Below, one piece after another: positions 1 through 9,256 of a DNA stretch of 64,000 nt. The notes beneath the pieces are model-generated. The model was not told where the DNA came from and made no database searches. It saw nothing but the letters and a program-made list of their open reading frames with translations. Each line of letters opens with the position of its first letter. The first letter of the stretch is position 1. Origin of the DNA: a virus; IMG/VR virus record IMGVR_UViG_3300045971_000409, positions 1 to 64,000 of that record; one strand, given 5' to 3'. The position numbers were made by a program, and so were the translations under genes.

Positions 1-29
1 GGGCAGGAGATACTCCCGAGCTGGCCGTT

Positions 30-617
30 ATGCTCAACACGATTTCGGTTCATGTTGCCCTCATGTTGCAGTCGGCCTTGCGGGCCTCGTTTGCCCGTGT
101 ACCCCTGCAAACTGACTACTTCATGGTAGACCCTGCCACGGCCACGGCCCTGACCCCGGTACTAAAACTGTCCCGTGGGTTTTTGTCGGCGGACCCCGTA
201 TTAACCCCCTACAGTAATGTTGCAGATATGTTGGCCAAAACGGGAGCTTCTACTTCCGCACTGACCACCCGCACTGACAATACCCTGGGGGCAGTCAAAA
301 TATTTTCGTACGCATCCACCTCCTATTGCGTGTCAGCAGAGTACACCTCTGGCTTCGTGTCCGCGGCCGACAGCGAAGACTCCCAGATGGATAACCCCTC
401 CCCCATTTACTTAGGGGTTCCAGAGTGGCTATCCTCCGTGGCTATCGTCGCTATCATGGATATGTACAAGGCCATGAAACTGTGGAATACCGACATGAAA
501 AAGAGCAAAGACTCAAAACTGGTTTCGGCCTTGCAGCAGTATGGGTTACCCCCCTCGGTGCTGTTATCCATCAACCCATACATTCGGTATGTACCCTCGG
601 GGATTCTGCCGCTATGA
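30..617 (+). CDS. Putative head-tail connector/adaptor protein (probably 5'-truncated by the window edge)
   Basis: Frame is open back to position 3; 'VSAEYTSGF...VPEWL' resembles gp6-like adaptors; lies upstream of the tail genes. Confidence 0.5.
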   Translation: MLNTISVHVALMLQSALRASFARVPLQTDYFMVDPATATALTPVLKLSRGFLSADPVLTPYSNVADMLAKTGASTSALTTRTDNTLGAVKIFSYASTSYCVSAEYTSGFVSAADSEDSQMDNPSPIYLGVPEWLSSVAIVAIMDMYKAMKLWNTDMKKSKDSKLVSALQQYGLPPSVLLSINPYIRYVPSGILPL

Positions 618-1132
618 GAATCGAGACTCTACAATCTGCGAATCTTATGCGAAGGATTGTGCGAGAATTTGCCACGGGTAAATTTGAGAAGCAAATCAAT
701 GGGGAGAGTCTGCGTCGTAAGACAGCCATTCTGGTGAAGGGGTTGTTACAGCAACGAATGTTGGCGGGACTTGGCCCTGATGGATTACCGTTCACTGTGT
801 CCAAGCGTTCCATCAAGATGCACACCCGCACCCTACTGGATACCATGACCCTGGCCGGTAGCTTCGCTTACGAGCTGCATAACAATGGCTTCTCTGTGAC
901 ATCCAATGCCACGGTAGGGCAACGCTGGGCCGCAGAGGTGGCCATGGGTAGAAACAGGGACCCGAAAAAAGCACCCAAAACACCAGGGTACAAGTACGCC
1001 GGGGACATTATCGGATACTCTCTGACCGGTGGGAAAAACTGGGACTTCCTGGCCCTGACCCAGAGTGATTTGACCTCGGTAAAAGACCTGATAGCCAACG
1101 AAGTGAGGGAATTCCGTGGATTTGGTAAATAG
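614..1132 (+). CDS. Virion morphogenesis / tail completion protein
   Basis: ATG 614 overlaps the upstream stop (ATGA); basic protein ending 'FLALTQSDLTSVKDLI', like virion morphogenesis proteins; synteny. Confidence 0.55.
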   Translation: MRIETLQSANLMRRIVREFATGKFEKQINGESLRRKTAILVKGLLQQRMLAGLGPDGLPFTVSKRSIKMHTRTLLDTMTLAGSFAYELHNNGFSVTSNATVGQRWAAEVAMGRNRDPKKAPKTPGYKYAGDIIGYSLTGGKNWDFLALTQSDLTSVKDLIANEVREFRGFGK

Positions 1133-1952
1133 CTGCGCCAAAGACTTGAAAGCCAAACTGACCAAGGCGTCGGGCACTGCCAAGACGTTCTACGTCTACG
1201 ATCAGGATGCGCTTATAGCTCGAACCGAAGGCATGATCCCACCCTACGCGGGAGTAACCTACATGGGCTTATCACCCAGTAGCAACTCGCCCTACGTGTT
1301 CTTGCTTCGGTTCGGAATAATGCTGACCACCGGGGATGAGGACGCCGCGTATTCGGATGCGGGTCGGGGCATGACGGAAGAGCATACTCGCCTGCTGGAT
1401 AGCATCCGCGGGGGAGTGCTTAACACCGCGGCCCCCACCGGCAAACCGTGGCGCTTCGTGAGTGAGAACCCTATCGAGTCCGACAAACTGGGCATCAACT
1501 TCCTCCAGGTCTGGGAATCCGACACGTATCTTACCCCTGGGACGCCCCAGTTTGCCTCTGGGGCCTCTTTGGATGGCATACCCTTACCAGTGCTTACCAT
1601 ACACAACGAGTTCGGCTGGTGCGGGATTATCGGTAGTGCTTCCAAACTTATTGGGCAGGGTCATGCGTATGCCGGAGAGAGCAGGACTCTGGATTGGCCG
1701 GTAGACTTGGTGGGATCGGATAGTCCCGAGACCTACGCCACCAGATACACGCTTCGTACCCTGCGGGACAAAGCTAAAGTGCTGCATGCACAGTACGTAT
1801 TGACATACGGAGCCCGCCGGTTTACTATCCGTTTCCGACACGAGGAGTCGCCCGTAATCAGTGCTGACCCCGTTTTGCAATTAATTGCACCGACAGACAC
1901 AGACCTCTACCAAAATGTGGCTATACGCCTCATGGTTCTCGAAGAGCTGTAA
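1116..1952 (+). CDS. Putative tail terminator with an extra C-terminal domain
   Basis: Directly before the tail tube gene; the N-terminal ~140 aa has terminator-like size and pattern; a second domain follows 'TPGTPQFASG'. Confidence 0.45.
   Translation: MDLVNSCAKDLKAKLTKASGTAKTFYVYDQDALIARTEGMIPPYAGVTYMGLSPSSNSPYVFLLRFGIMLTTGDEDAAYSDAGRGMTEEHTRLLDSIRGGVLNTAAPTGKPWRFVSENPIESDKLGINFLQVWESDTYLTPGTPQFASGASLDGIPLPVLTIHNEFGWCGIIGSASKLIGQGHAYAGESRTLDWPVDLVGSDSPETYATRYTLRTLRDKAKVLHAQYVLTYGARRFTIRFRHEESPVISADPVLQLIAPTDTDLYQNVAIRLMVLEEL
1876..1890 (+). repeat. Dispersed motif TGCAATYAAYTGCAC, copy 1 (intragenic)
   Basis: TGCAATTAATTGCAC. Confidence 0.9.
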
Positions 1953-1979
1953 TAACCTCACACCAAAAAGGAGAAGCGT

Positions 1980-3257
1980 ATGCCACAAGCACAAGGATCA
2001 TTTTCTCAAATCATTATGCAGATGGAGTCCGCGTTCAATGGAACGGCCCCCTCCACCACCGCCACCCAGGATGCGAAAAAAATCTATTTTTCCTCTGAGG
2101 GTTTAGCCCTCAATCAGGATTTAGTAGACTCCCTCCTCATCCGAGGTAATCGTCATGCTTCCGCCCCCATGAGGGGTAAGCTGGATATTGCGGGCAATAT
2201 CACCACGGAACTCATGGCCCAAACCCCACTGTACTACGCTGCTTTTGGGTCTATGGATACCGTACAGACGGGGGGCTCTATGGGAACGGCCCTCACTACC
2301 CCGGTCTTCACTACAGTGGATGCCATAAACCAGACCATCCTCATCACTGCCACGGCCCACGGCCTGGTATGCGGGGACAGCGTGGAAATTACCACCATAA
2401 CCTCCCCTGTTTCAATGAACGGCAAAGTATACCCCGTGGTGTCCGTACCAACGGCAAACACGTTTGTAATCCGTATCCCCATGGGTCTGGCCGCTCAGAC
2501 TTTCACGTTTACAGGTGGGGCTATTAAAAAAGTAACCACCCCCGGCACTATCTTCACCCACACCCTCAAGGCGGGAGGAGCTTTACCCTCCTACTTGATC
2601 GAGAAGGGGTTCCTCGACATAAGCCAGTACTTCCTGTACAAGGGGTGTAAGCTGGATAAATTCGGCTTCACGTTGGGTGCTGATGGACTCATTACCGTTA
2701 CTACTGACTGGATGGGAGCTTCTGAGGCCGTAGCCGTCACCTCCTACGAAATACCCGCCAATGTCCTGGACCTGGGCAAGAGCGGCTTTGATGGCCTTTC
2801 CGCGGGGGCACCAGGCTTCATAAAAGAAAATAACGTCGCCATCGCCACCGTAACCGAGATAAGCTCCTTCTTGCTGGAAAATCAGTTGGATGGGGATACC
2901 TTCATTGTCGGTGGGGGCGGGGTCCGATCTGCGGTCAACCCCGGCATCTACAAGGTATCGGGAACACTCAAAGCTCTATTCATGGACATGGCTCTATACA
3001 CCAAGGCCAAGAACCTCACGCCATCCAGTCTTGATTTCAAATTGTCCCGTAGTGCCACGGGTGATGGTACAGTAGGTAACGAAACCATCCAGTTCTTCAC
3101 CCCGGAACTTGTCTTCAAGCCCAAGTCTCCCGCCATCACCGGACCCAAGGGCGTTTTTGTTGAATTGGGTTTTGTGGGATACTACAACACCAACTCGGAT
3201 GTTACCGGACTTAAAATGACTCTGATGAATGCTACTCCTCCGGGTCAGATGGTCTAA
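1980..3257 (+). CDS. Major tail (tube) protein with an inserted beta-domain
   Basis: AAGGAG RBS; tube-like motifs ('LPSYLIEKGF..QYFLYKGCK', 'VSGTLKALF'); followed by chaperone and tape measure genes. Confidence 0.8.
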   Translation: MPQAQGSFSQIIMQMESAFNGTAPSTTATQDAKKIYFSSEGLALNQDLVDSLLIRGNRHASAPMRGKLDIAGNITTELMAQTPLYYAAFGSMDTVQTGGSMGTALTTPVFTTVDAINQTILITATAHGLVCGDSVEITTITSPVSMNGKVYPVVSVPTANTFVIRIPMGLAAQTFTFTGGAIKKVTTPGTIFTHTLKAGGALPSYLIEKGFLDISQYFLYKGCKLDKFGFTLGADGLITVTTDWMGASEAVAVTSYEIPANVLDLGKSGFDGLSAGAPGFIKENNVAIATVTEISSFLLENQLDGDTFIVGGGGVRSAVNPGIYKVSGTLKALFMDMALYTKAKNLTPSSLDFKLSRSATGDGTVGNETIQFFTPELVFKPKSPAITGPKGVFVELGFVGYYNTNSDVTGLKMTLMNATPPGQMV

Positions 3258-3301
3258 TTTTGCTTCAAGAGGGGCTGTAACCCAGCCCCTCCACAAAAAT
3301 T

Positions 3302-3316
3302 TGCAATTAATTGCAC
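3302..3316 (+). repeat. Dispersed motif, copy 2 (intergenic)
   Basis: TGCAATTAATTGCAC. Confidence 0.9.
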
Positions 3317-3328
3317 ACGGGGTAAATC

Positions 3329-3823
3329 ATGGAAAACACTGTAGAAAAAAGTTACAACATCGGGGGACGCACGTATCTACAACGCGAACTGGTCTACGGG
3401 CAAATCAAGCAGGTAAAAGCGTTTCTATCCAACCTGAATCTTGATTTTGATAACCCGGAGCAGCTCATAAACTCCGTAATTGAGCAGGGACTCATACCTC
3501 AAGCCTGCGCCATCGTCCTAACCCAAAAAGATGCCGAAATCAAAAGCAAGAACCTGAGTGATGAGGCCGAGTTTTTCGAGTATAACCTGCCCCTCAGCAC
3601 GGGGGTGGCCGCCCTGCAAGATTTTTTCGAGGTTACCCCCGTAGTCTCGCTGTACAACATGGTGAGTCAGATTCTGCTCGGGGTAAGCTCGACCATATCC
3701 ACGATGACGGGCGTAACTGGGTTGACGAACTCGTCGCCCTCTTATGTGGCGGAGACATTACCAAACGAGACGCAATCCTCTGGGGATACACCCCCCGAGA
3801 GTCCGAGCCCTTCATCCGTGTAA
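3329..3823 (+). CDS. Tail assembly chaperone (gpG-like)
   Basis: Between tail tube and tape measure; contains the slippery site GAT TTT TTC (DFF). Confidence 0.75.
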   Translation: MENTVEKSYNIGGRTYLQRELVYGQIKQVKAFLSNLNLDFDNPEQLINSVIEQGLIPQACAIVLTQKDAEIKSKNLSDEAEFFEYNLPLSTGVAALQDFFEVTPVVSLYNMVSQILLGVSSTISTMTGVTGLTNSSPSYVAETLPNETQSSGDTPPESPSPSSV

Positions 3824-4020
3824 AGGAGCGTGAAGCCTTATACCAGGAGGGTATACTCAGTTTCTTGGGGATAGATAGGGGGGGTGGAAAAACACCCCCA
3901 ACCCCAAAGACACCAGAAGCCAAATACTGTGCAGCATGCAAAAAATTGCCGGGGTACAAAGTAGAAGACTGTACCGCCTGCACCCAGGAGATAAAAACAC
4001 ATGAGCAGCTATCAGAGTAA
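3622..4020 (+). CDS. -1 frameshift extension of the chaperone (gpGT-like; fusion 3329-3628 joined to 3628-4020, ~230 aa)
   Basis: Heptamer T TTT TTC at 3622-3628; the -1 frame is open 3586-4020 with no ATG and encodes 'VDELVALLCGGDITKRDAILWG...CAAC...CTAC'. Confidence 0.75.
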   Translation, partial: FFRGYPRSLAVQHGESDSARGKLDHIHDDGRNWVDELVALLCGGDITKRDAILWGYTPRESEPFIRVKEREALYQEGILSFLGIDRGGGKTPPTPKTPEAKYCAACKKLPGYKVEDCTACTQEIKTHEQLSE

Positions 4021-7000
4021 AATCGGCTTGGTCATGGAGCTTTTGGGCCAGCAGGACGCATCCTACACGGCGATGCAGACCACTCTGCAAAACCTCGTAA
4101 CGCAGCTTCAAACTATCACCTCCACGTCGAACAACACTGGATCGGCCATCAATAAACTCACGCAAGCCTCTACCCAGGGGTTTGCGGGAGTTACTTCCGC
4201 CGTCAATCAATCCACACAGGCCATCAACAACATGGGGGCGGGTTTAGGGAAAACCCTGACCACGCTCACCGTGCAGCTCAATACGGTAAACCACCAACTC
4301 AACCAATTGAAAAGTGGCCTCTCTGCCCAGTCTTACCAGATGGGGCAAGGGTTCAATATGCTTAATGGTAGCCTCGGCAATATCAACACCAGCATCAATA
4401 CGGTGAAGGGTAGTGCCGGGGGTATGGGGGGAACTGTAACCAGTAATGCTCGTAGTATGACCACGGGCCTCAACAGCGTACATACCTCTCTGCATGGTAT
4501 CTACCGCTTTATGGTACTGATTGCCGCGCACCAGGGTCTCCAGCTTCTAGGCCATTCGTTTATTCAGTATAATCAGACGATGGAGACCACCAAGCTCGGT
4601 ATCGCGGCCATCTACACGTCCATCGGCACCATTACGGAAAAAATGGATGCCCATGGCCAGGCCACTGATAGGGTACTCAATGGTTACGAGAAATGGCGGG
4701 TAGCCTCTCGTATGGCCGGGGATGCCCAGCTAAAATTGCAGAATATGGCCATGTCTTCCCCGTCCACCTACATGGAACTTTTGGAGGTCTATCAGGGGCT
4801 GCTTGCCCCGGCCATGTCCGCCAAAATGACCATGCAGCAGACGTTAGAGATAGCCCTGACCATGACCAACGCGGTCAAGGCTGTAGGCTTACCCTTCAAC
4901 CAGATTAAGTCCGAGGCAAGGGAAATTTTACAGGGTGGTATTCGCCCGCAGGTTTCTACCCTCGGCACGGCGCTGGGGCTTACCAATGACAAAATCAAAG
5001 AGTGGCGGGCGGCTGGCCCTGGGGTATTATTCGATGAACTCAACAAGCGTATGGAGGGTTTCGTTTTTGCCACCAGGGAATTTGACCGTACCTTGATAGG
5101 GTCCTGGTCCAACCTCAAGGACGTAGCCCAGCGTACTCTGGGGGTAGGGCTCGGCAATCTTTTCGAGACAGTCAAAAACCAAATTAGGGGTATTACCAAT
5201 CAACTTGTTGATGTAAAAAAGGATAATAATGGCATGGTGGTAGGTATCACCATGAAGCCGGAAGCCCTCCAGGCCATCAGAGACATGGGGGCAAATCTAA
5301 GTGCTGCCCTAAAGATTGCGGTAGAATTTGTCACCTTTTTGGGAACAAATTTTTCCGTAGTTATAGGCACCGTTGTAGCTGGTGCTTTTATACGGATGGG
5401 TACCGGTATCATGCAAGTTGTTACGAGCATGAAGGCCCTACAAGCCGCAGGGGTGGCAGTAACCACGGCAGGGTGGATTGGTGCCTTGGTGGCTATCGCG
5501 GCCACTATCTCCTCCATCACCTATTTCCGGTATAAAAAGGCGGAGGCCGCAGAGGAAAACAGGGTCACGTATCGTAAAGATATGGAATCGGCAGTAGACC
5601 ACAAATCTGTTCAGGATGAAAAAGGAAAGTACCTGACGGGGGACGCCCTTACTGCCAACGTAAAGGCCAATCGGGAGAAATATCTACCCACCATTAAGAG
5701 CCTTAATGATACCACGTTGGACTACTTCCAGACTAAATTATTAACCCCGGAGCAGGTGCTAGAGGGTATAGATGAAGGATGGATACGTAAGTCGCGGGTG
5801 GGGGTATCTAAGCCTATCATGGGGCACGCCAGTCAGTCTGCGGCTATCAAAGGAGAAAAGGGGGTAGCTGTAGGATCGGGTTGGGATAGTTACAAAGATG
5901 AATGGAATATAGATGAGGCCAAACGACTGGAAGCGACATCTAAGCGATTCCAGATTAAAGCAAGGGATGAAGAAGACCCTCAGCTCAAAGAAATAAATAA
6001 GAAAATGCAGGCGGCCAAAACTCTCTTCGAGGAGCAAGAAGCAAAGATAGACACCTTGAAGGAAAAGGAAAAAGCGGCCGCTAAAGAGAAATATGATGTT
6101 GAGGAAGATTTAAACGCCAAGGGTGAACGTACTGCGGAACAAATGAGTGCCGCAAAAATCACCCTGATAAAAGAAGAGGCCGAAGCAGAACTTAAAGCGG
6201 CTGGGTCTGTCCACCAGGCTCTAGCTGTGTATCGCGCCGCGGGACTAGGTCAGTTAGGTCGAAAAGCCAGTACCATGGCCGAAGAGATAAAGATATTCAA
6301 AAACCAAGTAGACAAGATAGAGGAGACCAAAGTAACTCAGGCTAAACAGAAGGCAACCAACACCCAAACCCATGCCCTTAGTCAAGAGGATTCCAGGTAC
6401 ACCAAGGAAGTCTACACAGGGTATAAGACTGAATTAGATAGTCAAATCAACGATGAAAAAACAGCAGTGGCGGGAAGAAAAGAAAATCTGGAGAGAGCCT
6501 ACCAGGAGCGCACCATTACTGCCGTTCAAAAAGTAAACGCGGAGTATGAAGACCAAAATCATTTACTGGAATACACCCTGTCTATTCAGCGTAGTTTGGC
6601 GGAATTGGCCAGTAAGAGTACCCGTGGGGCCATCAATAAGGAAATAGAGGCTACAGAGGCAACACAGCGGAAACTAAAAGATACCCAACCTTCTAAAGTA
6701 CAAAAGGCTGAATTTCAGACAGTAATTGACACTAAGACCCAAGAGATAGAAACCGCCAAAGAACTCGTCAGTCTTTATGATGAGCTGCACGAGTATGACA
6801 AAAAACACCTGGCCGAAGTAAAACTCATAACAGCCGAGTATGATAAACAAATTGCCCTAGATAAGTCACGTAATAAAGGCCAAAATGTAGATACACTAGA
6901 ACAGATCAAGCAGGAAAAACTGGATGCGGCCAACTCTCTGGTAACCCCCGGTCTTGATACTATGGCCGAGGGTTGGAACTCCACGGTCAAAAAATATAAG

Positions 7001-7936
7001 GATGTCTCTACCCAGTTGCGGGACATATCCGCGTCTACCGCCGAAAGTATGACCCAGGCTTTCTCCAGTACTTTCTTTGACGTGATGAAAGGAAATTTCA
7101 AAGACCTGCAAAGCGTGGCCCTGGCCTTCGTAGATGCCGTACTCAAGCAGCTCACCACCCTGATGGCCAAGATGGCTATGGTCAAGATGCAAGATTCGGC
7201 CTCCAGTGATAGTGGCTGGCTCAATATAGCGGGTAAGGGCATTTTGGCTGTAGCTGGGATGGCTATGGGTAGTGGGGGTGTATCCGGCTCTATGGAGGGG
7301 GGTATGGCCACTACCGGCATGACAGTGGGCTCATCTCCTGCTGAATTTGGGGGCCTGGATACTGCGCCAGTTATGGATCGTATAAGCACGGGAGGAGGGG
7401 CTTCCTTTGGCAACTACTGGCAGCCTCGGGCTAAGGGCGGCCCAACAGCTAAAGGTAGCACCTATATGGTGGGGGAAGAGGGACCAGAGATATTTGTCCC
7501 CACGGAGAATGGCACCATTGTCCCCAACAATCTGCTCAAAGAGTTCAATCTCTTCACAAAAAGAATGAAAAACGGTGGAAATCGTGGTAAGTTCAATTTG
7601 CAGGGAGATATACCCCTGGCAGGACACCGTGAGTCGGGCGGCTCCGTCCGCAAGGGATTAGCCTACTTGGTGGGGGAAAAAGGTACCGAGGGGTACATCT
7701 CAGCCACTACCAATAACGCCACTACGAACATAAAGGCGGGCAACAAGAACACCGATATCCTGGTGCATGCCCCCGTAACTATCGAGGGTAACGGCCAGGG
7801 AAATAACAACAAAGATCAGAGTAATAGTAACAACATAGGGGACAGCATGGCCCAGTTTTCCGACCTGCTCAAAAGTAAGATAATCGAGACCATTACCTCG
7901 GAAAAACGGCCTGGAGGGCTTTTAAGTTATGTCTAG
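4001..7936 (+). CDS. Tail tape measure protein
   Basis: 1311 aa, helical/coiled-coil with central hydrophobic segments; lambda gpH-like C-terminus 'RAKGGP..GSTYMVGEEGPEIFVP'. Confidence 0.92.
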   Translation: MSSYQSKIGLVMELLGQQDASYTAMQTTLQNLVTQLQTITSTSNNTGSAINKLTQASTQGFAGVTSAVNQSTQAINNMGAGLGKTLTTLTVQLNTVNHQLNQLKSGLSAQSYQMGQGFNMLNGSLGNINTSINTVKGSAGGMGGTVTSNARSMTTGLNSVHTSLHGIYRFMVLIAAHQGLQLLGHSFIQYNQTMETTKLGIAAIYTSIGTITEKMDAHGQATDRVLNGYEKWRVASRMAGDAQLKLQNMAMSSPSTYMELLEVYQGLLAPAMSAKMTMQQTLEIALTMTNAVKAVGLPFNQIKSEAREILQGGIRPQVSTLGTALGLTNDKIKEWRAAGPGVLFDELNKRMEGFVFATREFDRTLIGSWSNLKDVAQRTLGVGLGNLFETVKNQIRGITNQLVDVKKDNNGMVVGITMKPEALQAIRDMGANLSAALKIAVEFVTFLGTNFSVVIGTVVAGAFIRMGTGIMQVVTSMKALQAAGVAVTTAGWIGALVAIAATISSITYFRYKKAEAAEENRVTYRKDMESAVDHKSVQDEKGKYLTGDALTANVKANREKYLPTIKSLNDTTLDYFQTKLLTPEQVLEGIDEGWIRKSRVGVSKPIMGHASQSAAIKGEKGVAVGSGWDSYKDEWNIDEAKRLEATSKRFQIKARDEEDPQLKEINKKMQAAKTLFEEQEAKIDTLKEKEKAAAKEKYDVEEDLNAKGERTAEQMSAAKITLIKEEAEAELKAAGSVHQALAVYRAAGLGQLGRKASTMAEEIKIFKNQVDKIEETKVTQAKQKATNTQTHALSQEDSRYTKEVYTGYKTELDSQINDEKTAVAGRKENLERAYQERTITAVQKVNAEYEDQNHLLEYTLSIQRSLAELASKSTRGAINKEIEATEATQRKLKDTQPSKVQKAEFQTVIDTKTQEIETAKELVSLYDELHEYDKKHLAEVKLITAEYDKQIALDKSRNKGQNVDTLEQIKQEKLDAANSLVTPGLDTMAEGWNSTVKKYKDVSTQLRDISASTAESMTQAFSSTFFDVMKGNFKDLQSVALAFVDAVLKQLTTLMAKMAMVKMQDSASSDSGWLNIAGKGILAVAGMAMGSGGVSGSMEGGMATTGMTVGSSPAEFGGLDTAPVMDRISTGGGASFGNYWQPRAKGGPTAKGSTYMVGEEGPEIFVPTENGTIVPNNLLKEFNLFTKRMKNGGNRGKFNLQGDIPLAGHRESGGSVRKGLAYLVGEKGTEGYISATTNNATTNIKAGNKNTDILVHAPVTIEGNGQGNNNKDQSNSNNIGDSMAQFSDLLKSKIIETITSEKRPGGLLSYV

Positions 7937-8276
7937 TTCCGATAGATTTGATTGGGTTCCCTCCTACCAACTTGATATAGAGGTTGCTCCCCGGATACGC
8001 TCGGTAAAATTTGGCGATGGGTATGAGCAGCGCATGAAAGATGGCATCAACAATATCGTGACCACCTGGAGTCTGTTGTTTAAGGGTAGGGCCGACGTGG
8101 AAGCTGATGCCATCAATGCCTTCCTGGTGGCTCGGGCTGGGTGGGACTACTTCCTGTTCAAGCCGCCGGGTAGTGCCGTATATGTTAAGGTAAAATGCAC
8201 CAAATGGAAGAAGTCCTACGTTGGGCCCGGCAATAACCTAATTACCACCACTTTTGAACAGGTATTCGATATATGA
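7929..8276 (+). CDS. Minor tail protein, lambda gpM-like (distal tail)
   Basis: 'VKFGDGYEQRMKDGINN', 'FLFKPPG', 'TTFEQVF'. Confidence 0.92.
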   Translation: MSSSDRFDWVPSYQLDIEVAPRIRSVKFGDGYEQRMKDGINNIVTTWSLLFKGRADVEADAINAFLVARAGWDYFLFKPPGSAVYVKVKCTKWKKSYVGPGNNLITTTFEQVFDI

Positions 8277-9256
8277 TAGCCCTCAGCGGACCCGCAAGTA
8301 ATTTATCATCTTTGGTCGTAAACAAGCTCCTGACCAACTATGCCCCGATCACCGTATCAGGCTCTGTGGGGGCTACTTACGTTTCCGTATCCGCGGGTAG
8401 TTTGCCGGTAGGCTTGAATGTCCAACTGGCCAGTAGCACCGTAATAAATTTCTACGGAACCCCCTCTGCGATAGGAACCTACCCCTTCACGTTAAAGGTG
8501 CAGGACAACAATGGACCCGTGTACTTGTCCTATACCTTTACCGTGGCCAGTAGCATGCTGGCCGCAGACTCCCAGCACCTGGCCCTGGACACCCTGCTGG
8601 AGCTGTATGAGCTGGATACCTCCCCTATTGATGGCGGAAGCATCCACTACTATTTCTACGCTGGGGTTGTAAATAGTCAAGCCGTAGTATGGCAGGGCAA
8701 CACCTACACGCCCTGGCCTATACTGGTGACTGGATTCGAGGTTGATGGTCGAGGTAAAGCTCCCAGGCCCCGGCTACAGGTCTCCAATAGGGACAGGATG
8801 GTCACTACCCTTAACCTGTCTCTCCAGGACCTTATAGGGGCCAAAATCATTCGTCGTCGCACCTATTACCGCTATCTGGATGCAGTCAATTTTACCGGCA
8901 ATGTCAACCCCACTGCTGACGCCACGGCCCACTACCCAGATGATTTGTACTTTGTGGAGCAGAAGATAAAAGAGGACAAAAATAGCGTAGAGTATGAGTT
9001 GGCGGGGGTGTACGATCTAACCAATCTGCTGCTCCCCCTCCGTAAAATAAACTCGGACTACTGCTCTTGGACTTACAAGGGAGTGGAGTGCGGCTACATT
9101 CGCCCCGTGTATTTCACGGCTTATGATGCCCCCACTACCGATGTAAACGCTGACGCCTGTGGTAAGCGTCTGAGCAGTTGCCGTCTACGCTTTAGTATTG
9201 CTGGTGAGTCCCTGCCGTTTGGTGGATTCCCAGGGGCCGGAAAATACGCTATATGA
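8273..9256 (+). CDS. Minor tail protein, lambda gpL-like, with an N-terminal Ig-like domain
   Basis: 'VVWQGNTYTPWP', 'RRRTYYRYLDAVNF', Cys cluster 'CSWTYKGVECGY..CGKRLSSC', 'LPFGGFPG'. Confidence 0.92.
   Translation: MIALSGPASNLSSLVVNKLLTNYAPITVSGSVGATYVSVSAGSLPVGLNVQLASSTVINFYGTPSAIGTYPFTLKVQDNNGPVYLSYTFTVASSMLAADSQHLALDTLLELYELDTSPIDGGSIHYYFYAGVVNSQAVVWQGNTYTPWPILVTGFEVDGRGKAPRPRLQVSNRDRMVTTLNLSLQDLIGAKIIRRRTYYRYLDAVNFTGNVNPTADATAHYPDDLYFVEQKIKEDKNSVEYELAGVYDLTNLLLPLRKINSDYCSWTYKGVECGYIRPVYFTAYDAPTTDVNADACGKRLSSCRLRFSIAGESLPFGGFPGAGKYAI

Noticed and set aside
3269-3291. Hairpin after the tail tube gene as an intrinsic terminator
   Set aside because: The 9-bp stem is good but no T tract follows on the + strand; it may be a stabilising or processing hairpin.
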